This document shows, in pieces, positions 1 through 6,986 of a stretch of 64,000 nucleotides of DNA. The notes under the pieces are model-generated. The model saw only the letters and a list, made by a program, of their open reading frames with translations. It was not told the origin of the DNA and did not search any database. The first letter of the stretch is position 1. Each line of letters starts with the position of its first letter. Both the position numbers and the translations under genes were made by a program. This DNA is from an uncultured Acidobacteriaceae bacterium. Its GTDB lineage: Bacteria > Acidobacteriota > Terriglobia > Terriglobales > Acidobacteriaceae. The stretch is taken from positions 67,443 through 131,442 of the forward strand of contig CAWDKT010000002.1 of the NCBI GenBank assembly GCA_963802955.1. The letters are read 5' to 3'.

Positions 1-1
1 T

Positions 2-1141
2 ACGGTTTACGGCCTGGCCGCGAGCATCTGGAGCGAGAACATCAACGTGGCGCTTGATCTGGCGTCGCAAGTGAAGGCCGGAGTGGTGTGGGTGAACTCT
101 ACCAACCAGTTCGACGCGGCGTGTGGCTTTGGCGGCTATCGCGAATCGGGCTATGGGCGCGAAGGTGGTCGCGAAGGCATGCTCGAATATCTGACACCGA
201 AGTGGCTGCGCTCAATGCCCGCTGCCCCCACCAAGGCGGCAACGATTCAGTTTCCCGAGGAAGAAGACGCTCTGGAGACCACAAACCCGCTTATCACTTC
301 CAGTATCGATCGCACCGTCAAGCAATACATTGGCGGCAAGCAGGCGCGACCTGACTCCGGCTATTCGTTCCCGGTGTACGGGCGCGATGGCGAGCTGCTG
401 GGCGAGGCGCCGCTCGGCAGTCGCAAAGATATCCGCAATGCCGTAGAAGCGGCACGCAACGCATCGGGCTGGGTACGGACTTCGGCGCACAATCGCGCAC
501 AGGTTATCTACTACATTGCTGAAAATCTGATCCAGCGCCGCGACGAAATTGCGCATCGGCTGGCCCGCGCTGTGGGCGAAGATCAGGCAGCGGTCGAAGT
601 CGATCTCTCGGTTGAGCGCATCTTCAGCTATGCAGCGTGGGCCGACAAATACGAAGGTGTGGTCCACCATCCGCCGGGCCGCAATATTACCATCGCCATG
701 CCTGAAGCTGTCGGCGCAATCGGCATCCTCGCACCCAGCGAAGCGCCGCTGCTCGGCCTGCTCTCGCTGATGCTGCCTGCAATCGCCGTCGGCAACACCG
801 TCGTCGCTGTTCCATCTGAGCGCTATCCGCTCGTCATCGGCGACTTGTATCAGTTGTTCGATACCAGCGACGTGCCTGGCGGCGTGGTGAATCTGGTAGC
901 CGGCCGTCCTTCAGAGTTAGCGAAAACACTCGCCGAACATGACGGCATCGAAGCCATCTGGTGCTTCCGCAGCGAAGAAGAAGCCAATGCCGTGCGCGGC
1001 GCTTCCATCGGCAACATGAAGCAGGTGTGGACCAACGACGGCCACGAGTACGACTGGTTCAACCCCGCGCAGGCTGAGGGGCGCTGGTTTCTGCAGCACG
1101 CTACCCAGGTCAAAAATATCTGGGTGCCGTACGGCGAATAA
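2..1141 (+). CDS. aldehyde dehydrogenase family protein (5' end outside window); the C-terminus of a complete ALDH domain is fused to a second, truncated ALDH-like domain
   Basis: Frame 2 is open from nt 2 (..YGLAASIWSENINVALDLASQVKAGVVWVNS..GGYRESGYGREGG, an ALDH C-terminal region). Later residues again resemble an ALDH N-terminal/NAD-binding half (KQYIGGK..IRNAVEAAR..VGNTVV..GGVVNLV). Confidence 0.85.
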   Translation, partial: TVYGLAASIWSENINVALDLASQVKAGVVWVNSTNQFDAACGFGGYRESGYGREGGREGMLEYLTPKWLRSMPAAPTKAATIQFPEEEDALETTNPLITSSIDRTVKQYIGGKQARPDSGYSFPVYGRDGELLGEAPLGSRKDIRNAVEAARNASGWVRTSAHNRAQVIYYIAENLIQRRDEIAHRLARAVGEDQAAVEVDLSVERIFSYAAWADKYEGVVHHPPGRNITIAMPEAVGAIGILAPSEAPLLGLLSLMLPAIAVGNTVVAVPSERYPLVIGDLYQLFDTSDVPGGVVNLVAGRPSELAKTLAEHDGIEAIWCFRSEEEANAVRGASIGNMKQVWTNDGHEYDWFNPAQAEGRWFLQHATQVKNIWVPYGE

Positions 1142-1165
1142 TCCGTGCGCAGCTTCGCAGCGCAG

Positions 1166-2590
1166 TCACTTCCCGATGCAGAAGGTTGAGAAGATCAAAT
1201 TGAGGATGTCGTCGGAGGTGGTCTGCCCGGTCAGCGAGTCGAGAGCCCAAAGCGCCCGATAGAGATCGAGCAGAATCATTTCGTGCGGAATACCGCCGAC
1301 GTTGGCCTTTGCTGCGTCGGCCAGCGCACCGATGGCAGTCATCACCGCCTGGTGCTGGCGGAGATTGGTGAGCATGCCGGGCTCGGCGGCAGCTCCGCCA
1401 GTCGCGAGCGAGAGAATGCGCTCGCGCAATGCTGCGATGCCTTCGCCGGTGAGCGCAGAGGTAGAAAGAGATGTCAAACCGTTAAGCGGCGGCAGTCCGT
1501 TGCCCGCACTCTCCTTCTCGTTTTGGATCAGGTCACATTTGTTGAGGACCGCGATCGCGGGCCGCCCTTCGACCGTGCGCAAGAGGCGATTCTCCTCGTC
1601 GCTGCGCGGCTGCGTGGCGTCGAGTACAACCAGCACGAGAGCGGAGTCGGCAAGCGCTTCGTGGCTGCGGCGGATGCCGAGCTGCTCCGCTTCCTCGATC
1701 GTTTCGCGAGCTCCTTCACGGAATCCCGCGGTATCGACCAGTTCAATGGGAATACCGCCGAGCGAAATACGTTCGGTAACCAGATCGCGCGTCGTACCTG
1801 GAGCGGCGGTTACGATCGCACGGTCCCGTTCGACGAGACGGTTGAAGAGCGAGCTTTTGCCCACGTTGGGCCGGCCTACGATGGCGAGCGTCAATCCGTC
1901 GTGCACAATCCGGCCGCGCGCGAAAGAGGCTTCGAGCGTCACCAGCGCCGGCATCAGCTCGTCGATGCGCCGCGCGATCTCGGACTGTGGAGTCACATCC
2001 AAGTCGTCCTCGGCAAAGTCGATCCCGGCTTCCAGCAGCGCAACCAGTTCCACAAGTGACTGTTTCACCGGCGCCACGCGGCTGCTGAGCGCGCCGCCCA
2101 TCTGGCTCGCCGCCTGCCTTGCCTGCGTCAGCGTCTGCGCGTCGATCAAATCGCGGACAGCCTCGGCCTGCGTAAGGTCGATCCGCCCGGCCAGGAAAGC
2201 ACGCTGCGTGAACTCCCCCGGCTCAGCGAGCCGCGCGCCCAGCTCCATTGCGCGCCGCAACAGGAACTCCAGGACCACCGGCGAGCCATGCGCGGCGATC
2301 TCCACCAGATCCTCTGCGGTGTAGGAATTCGGAGCGGCAAAAAAAGTGACCACCGCCTCGTCAATTTTCGTAGATTCGCCCGGTGCGGCCTGCGCGCCCT
2401 CAGCGTCCATTACGTCTGCCAACCGCGCGCGAGCGTGTTCGAGCGGCTGATGAAGGCGAACGAGCTGCGAGGCAATGGATGCGGCCAGCGGACCGCTGAG
2501 GCGGACGATTCCGATGCCACCCCGGCCGGGCGGTGTAGAGATCGCGACGATCGTGTCGGTTACTGTGTCTGGCGCAGCCATTTGTTGCAC
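1166..2590 (-). CDS. mnmE: tRNA modification GTPase MnmE
   Basis: 474 aa. N-terminal IVAISTPPGRGGIGIVRLSG, G-domain GRPNVGKSSLFN / DTAG / NKCD, and the diagnostic C-terminal FCIGK. Confidence 0.95.
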   Translation of the reverse strand: MQQMAAPDTVTDTIVAISTPPGRGGIGIVRLSGPLAASIASQLVRLHQPLEHARARLADVMDAEGAQAAPGESTKIDEAVVTFFAAPNSYTAEDLVEIAAHGSPVVLEFLLRRAMELGARLAEPGEFTQRAFLAGRIDLTQAEAVRDLIDAQTLTQARQAASQMGGALSSRVAPVKQSLVELVALLEAGIDFAEDDLDVTPQSEIARRIDELMPALVTLEASFARGRIVHDGLTLAIVGRPNVGKSSLFNRLVERDRAIVTAAPGTTRDLVTERISLGGIPIELVDTAGFREGARETIEEAEQLGIRRSHEALADSALVLVVLDATQPRSDEENRLLRTVEGRPAIAVLNKCDLIQNEKESAGNGLPPLNGLTSLSTSALTGEGIAALRERILSLATGGAAAEPGMLTNLRQHQAVMTAIGALADAAKANVGGIPHEMILLDLYRALWALDSLTGQTTSDDILNLIFSTFCIGK

Positions 2591-2880
2591 TCAGTGTAGT
2601 GTCTTAAGCCAAGTCGGCGCATGCGGTGTATAGGGTCGCGCCGCTTCGCTCCTCCGCAATTCTTGACGTTGCGAGCCGACAGTCTCGAAATCAGATCCGG
2701 ACCGCCACGATCCTTGACACCATCCCGATTCGTCACCTGATAGGTAACCCCATCCTTCAGACCTGCTCTTTGGCCTGGCGCACGCCTCTGAAGTTGCTCT
2801 AAACTCGGCATCAGAACGTGGCTTCCCGGCGTTTCCCTCGTTCCACGCCGGGAATCTCGGCCAGCTTGAGGTCTGAAGCC

Positions 2881-3222
2881 ATGAAAGCTGCTCGATTAGG
2901 CACGCTCAAGTTTTTCGCGCTTTTCTTTCTCCTGCCCGGCTTGGCAGGCCTCATCGTCTCTGCGATGATCTCGACGCATTACCTCGATACCATGCCCAGG
3001 TGGCCGGTTCCGGAAGAGCATCGCGTCGTTCCTCGTGGCATTCACGGCACCACTGTCTATCAGACTCCTGCGGAAAACCGGGAACTTGACATGATTGAAT
3101 ATTCGTCAGTAGGTGTCTTTCTCGCAGGCCTTGCGCTCGGAGTGGTCTACCTGGAGAAATGGGGAAGCCAGCAAACGCGCGAGGAGGCCGACCAATCGGT
3201 ACTTGCGCATGACCGCAGCTAG
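2881..3222 (+). CDS. hypothetical small membrane protein (two predicted TM segments)
   Basis: ATG at 2881 preceded by GAGG. Hydrophobic stretches LKFFALFFLLPGLAGLIVSAMI and VGVFLAGLALGVVYL. No family recognised. Confidence 0.45.
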   Translation: MKAARLGTLKFFALFFLLPGLAGLIVSAMISTHYLDTMPRWPVPEEHRVVPRGIHGTTVYQTPAENRELDMIEYSSVGVFLAGLALGVVYLEKWGSQQTREEADQSVLAHDRS

Positions 3223-3268
3223 CAAGCGCGCACCCAGCCTGCCACCTGCAATCCTCTACAATAAACCG

Positions 3269-4144
3269 ATGCCGGAACTCCCTGAGGTGGAGACAATCGC
3301 TCGCGGCGTCGACAAACGCGCACGCGGCGATCGCATTGTCCAGGCCTGGTTTTCCGGCCAGCCTCAACCCTTCAAAACACCGCCAGCTCACCAAGCCAAA
3401 GGACTAGCTGGCCGCGAGATTCTTGCGGTGCACCGCACGGGAAAGCACATCGTCTTCGAGTTGGGCCCAGCAGATCCCGCTTCTCCACTGGCATCTCGGT
3501 CAACCGTGCAAAGACAAAGAAGCGCCAAAACGCCGGATGCGCAATGGATCGTTCATCTTGGCATGACGGGGCGGCTCTTGGTTACGACCCCGGATTGCCC
3601 GGTTGCGCCTCACACCCATGCTCGGCTCGACTTGGCAAGTGGCCGCGAGCTTCGTTTTGTGGATCCGCGCCGATTCGGCCGCCTCGCGTTCCGCGACCTG
3701 GATGATGAAACTGCGTTCCAGGGGCCCGGCGCCGAGCCGCTCACCATTGAGGAGCGCGAATTCGCAGCACTCTTCCATCGACGGCAGCTACCTATCAAAG
3801 CGGCGTTGCTCAATCAATCGATCCTCGCAGGCGTGGGCAATATCTACGCCGACGAAAGCCTGTTTCAAGCGGGCATCCGGCCGCGCCGCCGGAGTAACCG
3901 GCTCACTTTCGTCGAGCTTGAGCGGCTCCGTCTCGCGCTGCGCCAGGTTCTCCTGAAGGCCATACGACTCGGCGGCTCGTCGGTTTCGAACTACGTCGAC
4001 GCCGATGGGAAACGTGGCTTCTTTCAGCTCGAGCACTTCGTATACCAGCGGACGGGCGAGCCGTGCCGGCGCTGTCAGACCCCGATTCGCAGGGTTTTGC
4101 TGGCGGGTCGTGGAACGCATTTCTGTCCCAATTGCCAGCGCTGA
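3269..4144 (+). CDS. mutM: formamidopyrimidine-DNA glycosylase (Fpg/MutM)
   Basis: Starts MPELPEVETIARGV (catalytic Pro2/Glu3). H2TH region LLNQSILAGVGNIYADESLFQAGI. C-terminal zinc finger CRRCQTPI..GRGTHFCPNCQ. Confidence 0.93.
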   Translation: MPELPEVETIARGVDKRARGDRIVQAWFSGQPQPFKTPPAHQAKGLAGREILAVHRTGKHIVFELGPADPASPLASRSTVQRQRSAKTPDAQWIVHLGMTGRLLVTTPDCPVAPHTHARLDLASGRELRFVDPRRFGRLAFRDLDDETAFQGPGAEPLTIEEREFAALFHRRQLPIKAALLNQSILAGVGNIYADESLFQAGIRPRRRSNRLTFVELERLRLALRQVLLKAIRLGGSSVSNYVDADGKRGFFQLEHFVYQRTGEPCRRCQTPIRRVLLAGRGTHFCPNCQR

Positions 4145-4259
4145 TCGTTACGTCTACACTTTTTTGAATAATTTTCGTCTTTTTACTTCCAGAATCCAGA
4201 CAAATGAAGGCCCATGACCCTAGTAACTTGTTGAAACTAAATAATGTCTCGAACGGAAC

Positions 4260-5000
4260 ACCGATTGCTATTGAGAAAGTGCCAGTGATGTATCGGCCGT
4301 TGGAGGAACGCCCAACGAGCCTAAGCAACACCGGGTACCCGGCATGAGCAACCGCCAACGAGCGACCCTCTAAAGGGACAAGCCAGCCGGGGAGCCTGTA
4401 GTAGAAGTGGTGGAGACAACCTCCACTCTCAATTTGGCTGGGAGGCCAGTGACCAGTGCAGGCAGTGACGCCACTCTCTTGAGTGGCGTTCTTGCGTCCG
4501 GCGTTCATTCCCCCAATGGCCGTTACCAAAGAGGTTTACGCTTGCAAGGCGCACTTGCCATGTATTCCGCTTCGCTGTAGTATCAGAGTTGCCTATCAAG
4601 CGGCTGATGCGGGCCACCCAGGAAACGGGTAGAGCAAGCTCGCCGCCGAGCAAGCAAATTTCGCCCGGCTGGTAAGTTCTAAAGGGAATGTGCGCGGCGA
4701 AAGCTCACATAGGAAAGGGCGTCACCTGAGAAAAGCAGAGGCCGCGCTGAATGGACTTCGGCGACCGCATGGGGTTGAATAATGGCTCCCGCGTGAAAAG
4801 CGGCAATCGCGTTCTCAAAGGGATTCGAGTTTTGGAGCCACGGAGGCCGAGACGGGACGAGTCACTCGTTGACGTTCCCGGCTGCAACGTTTCCTAAAAG
4901 GCGGAAACAGCAGCACCTCCATGAAATCGGTAGTGCGCTTTAGCGCAACTCCTGTAGTTTCGGACCCAGAGAAAACGGCAACCGGAGCTGCTGTTCCGTG
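4260..5000. ncRNA. candidate large structured RNA or long 5' leader (unclassified; strand not established)
   Basis: No credible ORF on either strand across about 0.9 kb. An AT-rich stretch (4145-4260) is followed by many local and one long-range helix; see finding. No RNase P, tmRNA or riboswitch signature recognised. Confidence 0.25.
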
Positions 5001-5062
5001 AGAATTTGCAGCACGCACATTTCAATGCAGCAAAGAGCAGAGCACCAGGAAGTGCAAGCAAC

Positions 5063-5962
5063 ATGACAACAGAATCAATGCAGCCCCCGCCAGAACAGGG
5101 GCCCGCTCCTGACAACGGTCAGGCGCAGCCGCGCGGGCATCGGCGCCGCCGCCGCCGCCGCAAGAACAAGTCAAACCAACCCGCTGCAATGCAGCCTCAG
5201 CAAATGCATGGGGCGCCCCAGCCGCAGCCGGAAGGGCCGCCACAACCCGCCGCGCACAAGCCCCTCCATCAACACCAAAACCATAAAAAGAAGAAATTCT
5301 TCCAGAAGTCTTCGCCTGCTCAAGCGCAACCGGGAAACAGCACGTCCGGGTCGTCGCAAGGCAAGCGCAGAGGACGCCAGAAGGGTCCGCGCATGTTTGT
5401 GGGCCCCATGGACCATAGTTATCGTGTCGCCAACGGCAATGTCGTAGACGGTCCGCCCTCCACCATTCCCACGGCGGGTAATGGCCACAGCAGCGGTTAC
5501 TATCCCGACGTCTATTCAGCCCAACCCCCGGCGCCCGTGCGCGAAGATGCTCCCACCCGCATCTTCTGCTTCATTGAAGATCTCTTCTTCCTCGCCAAGA
5601 TTCAGGAGACCGCTCGGAAACTCGGCGTGAAAGTTGAATTCGTCAAGGGCGAAAACAAGGAAGCGGTTGCACGCCTCCTCGACGCGCCGGAGAACGGAAA
5701 GCCAGGGTTGCTGGTCTTCGATCTCAACAATCTCAACGCCAAGCCCATGGCGCTGATTCCCAAATTCAAAGGAAAGTTCAAGAAGGCCGTCTCAATCATC
5801 GGCTTTCTGAATCACCTCCAGGGCGATTTAAAGATGAAGGCCGTTGAGGCAGGTTGCGATGTCGTAATGCCGCGTTCAGCCTTCTCTCAAAGCCTGCCCG
5901 TACTGCTTCGCCGTTACGGTGTTGAAGAGGAAGAAGAGTACTCGCAGCAGCCGACGTTCTAA
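5063..5962 (+). CDS. hypothetical protein: Arg/Lys/Gln/Pro-rich disordered N-terminus plus a degenerate CheY-like receiver domain
   Basis: ATG at 5063 with AGGAAG upstream. The C-terminal 130 aa have a receiver-like pattern (RIFCFIEDLFF..LLVFDLNN..IIGFLNH..AGCDVVMPRS). The N-terminus contains HRRRRRRRKNK and poly-Q/P tracts. Confidence 0.6.
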   Translation: MTTESMQPPPEQGPAPDNGQAQPRGHRRRRRRRKNKSNQPAAMQPQQMHGAPQPQPEGPPQPAAHKPLHQHQNHKKKKFFQKSSPAQAQPGNSTSGSSQGKRRGRQKGPRMFVGPMDHSYRVANGNVVDGPPSTIPTAGNGHSSGYYPDVYSAQPPAPVREDAPTRIFCFIEDLFFLAKIQETARKLGVKVEFVKGENKEAVARLLDAPENGKPGLLVFDLNNLNAKPMALIPKFKGKFKKAVSIIGFLNHLQGDLKMKAVEAGCDVVMPRSAFSQSLPVLLRRYGVEEEEEYSQQPTF

Positions 5963-5965
5963 GAG

Positions 5966-5981
5966 CAGGGACCAAGGGAAC
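5966..5981 (+). repeat. stop-proximal GA-rich 16-mer, copy a (CAGGGACCAAGGGAAC)
   Basis: Begins 3 nt after the TAA at 5960-5962. Near-identical to the copies at 9150, 47070 and 30163(-). Confidence 0.85.
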
Positions 5982-6000
5982 TAGAGACCAAGAAAACAGA

Positions 6001-6028
6001 GGGCGCGCCAATTCAGCGCGCCCTTTTT
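6001..6028. terminator. bidirectional intrinsic terminator between convergent genes
   Basis: GGGCGCGC (6001-6008) / GCGCGCCC (6016-6023) stem, 7-nt loop, then TTTTT. An A-rich run lies upstream. Confidence 0.7.
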
Positions 6029-6048
6029 CTATTCCCTATCGCCTGTTT

Positions 6049-6387
6049 TTAACCCGGGGGCCAGGTCATTGCGCGCCCGCCAAGCAGATGCAGGTGAAGG
6101 TGATCGACGGTCTGCCCGCCCTCTTCGCCCGTGTTCACCACGATGCGGTAGCCGTTCTTGAGGCCCTTCTTCTGGGCAATCTCGGCAGCCGCCCACAGCA
6201 GGTGGCCAAGCAACGCCTTTTTCTCGTTGCCAGCCACGTCGAGCGAGGTGATATGCTCGCGCGGCACAACCAGCACGTGCACCGGAGCCTTGGGATTGAT
6301 ATCGGCGAATGCGTAGCCCAGCTCGTCCTGATAGACAGAAGTGGACGGGATCTTTCCTTCAACGATTTTGCAAAAGGTGCAATTCAT
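6049..6387 (-). CDS. HIT (histidine triad) family nucleotide hydrolase
   Basis: 112 aa. MNCTFCKIVEGKIP.., DINPKAPVHVLVVPREH and the triad motif HLHLHLLGG. Confidence 0.9.
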   Translation of the reverse strand: MNCTFCKIVEGKIPSTSVYQDELGYAFADINPKAPVHVLVVPREHITSLDVAGNEKKALLGHLLWAAAEIAQKKGLKNGYRIVVNTGEEGGQTVDHLHLHLLGGRAMTWPPG

Positions 6388-6560
6388 GTGGCGACCGCTC
6401 TGGATTTGAAATTTGCATTCTATTGTCCCTGACGCGGGAAGAAACCCTCTGTGATCCTAGTCACTACCTTCGGGTTAAGCAAGTCGTTCCAGGGGAAGCT
6501 TTGTGCTAGTCCCCTCGTCGTACTACGTTTCTCGCTCGACATCGCCGCATTGCTCCAGAT

Positions 6561-6950
6561 TCAGGCCGACTCCAGAATCATGTTGGCGTACCGGATGGTG
6601 TCTCCAGTGCGGATCAGCCCGATCGCATGCGGAACGCGCTTCTTGAAGTCGATATGCGGCTCGAATGTCAGCGGGATCCCGTCGCAGGCCGCGGCAAATT
6701 CCTTGCGGGTACGCGCGTCGTTCGCGCCCTGAAACTCCTCGGCCATCCACGCGTGCCCAATCACGTAGCTCGCGCGGATCGCCCTCAGCACATCGAGCAC
6801 GCGCGGAATCCCATCCACCAGCGAAATGTCGACGGTTTCAACTTCCGGCCAAAAGGGAAATCCCCGGTCGGCAATCACCAGAGTGTTGGTATGGCGCACG
6901 CGCGCCAACAACGAAAGCAGATGCGGATTCAGGATGCCGGCCTTCAGCAT
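6561..6950 (-). CDS. RbsD/FucU family sugar mutarotase (D-ribose pyranase / L-fucose mutarotase-like)
   Basis: The C-terminal 129 aa of the listed 478-aa ORF start MLKAGILNPHLLSLLARVRHTNTLVIADRGFPFW, which is typical of RbsD/FucU. The upstream part of that ORF is antisense to the oxidoreductase. Confidence 0.8.
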   Translation of the reverse strand: MLKAGILNPHLLSLLARVRHTNTLVIADRGFPFWPEVETVDISLVDGIPRVLDVLRAIRASYVIGHAWMAEEFQGANDARTRKEFAAACDGIPLTFEPHIDFKKRVPHAIGLIRTGDTIRYANMILESA

Positions 6951-6986
6951 GGGATCAAATCTCCGACTCCAGCTTACAATGACGGC

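Noticed and set aside
2560-2811. An 83-aa minus-strand ORF overlapping the mnmE start.
   Set aside because: It has no motif, atypically low third-position GC compared with neighbouring genes, and overlaps mnmE by 30 nt. It is most likely noise in the divergent promoter region.
3903-4529. A 208-aa minus-strand ORF spanning the mutM 3' end and part of the non-coding gap.
   Set aside because: It is antisense to mutM for a third of its length, and its composition is low-complexity and Arg/Ser/Gly-rich with no start context. It is treated as spurious.
4145-5062. Interpretation of the ORF-free gap as RNase P RNA, tmRNA, a group II intron remnant or a cobalamin/TPP/SAM riboswitch.
   Set aside because: GGAAAGTCC (P4) and ACAGAA..GGCTTA are absent on both strands. 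There is no tRNA-like acceptor/T-arm with an ..CCACCA end. The TGGTGGAG at 4408 folds as a simple hairpin. No domain V consensus and no B12 box or complete riboswitch core is present. The region is kept only as an unclassified candidate.
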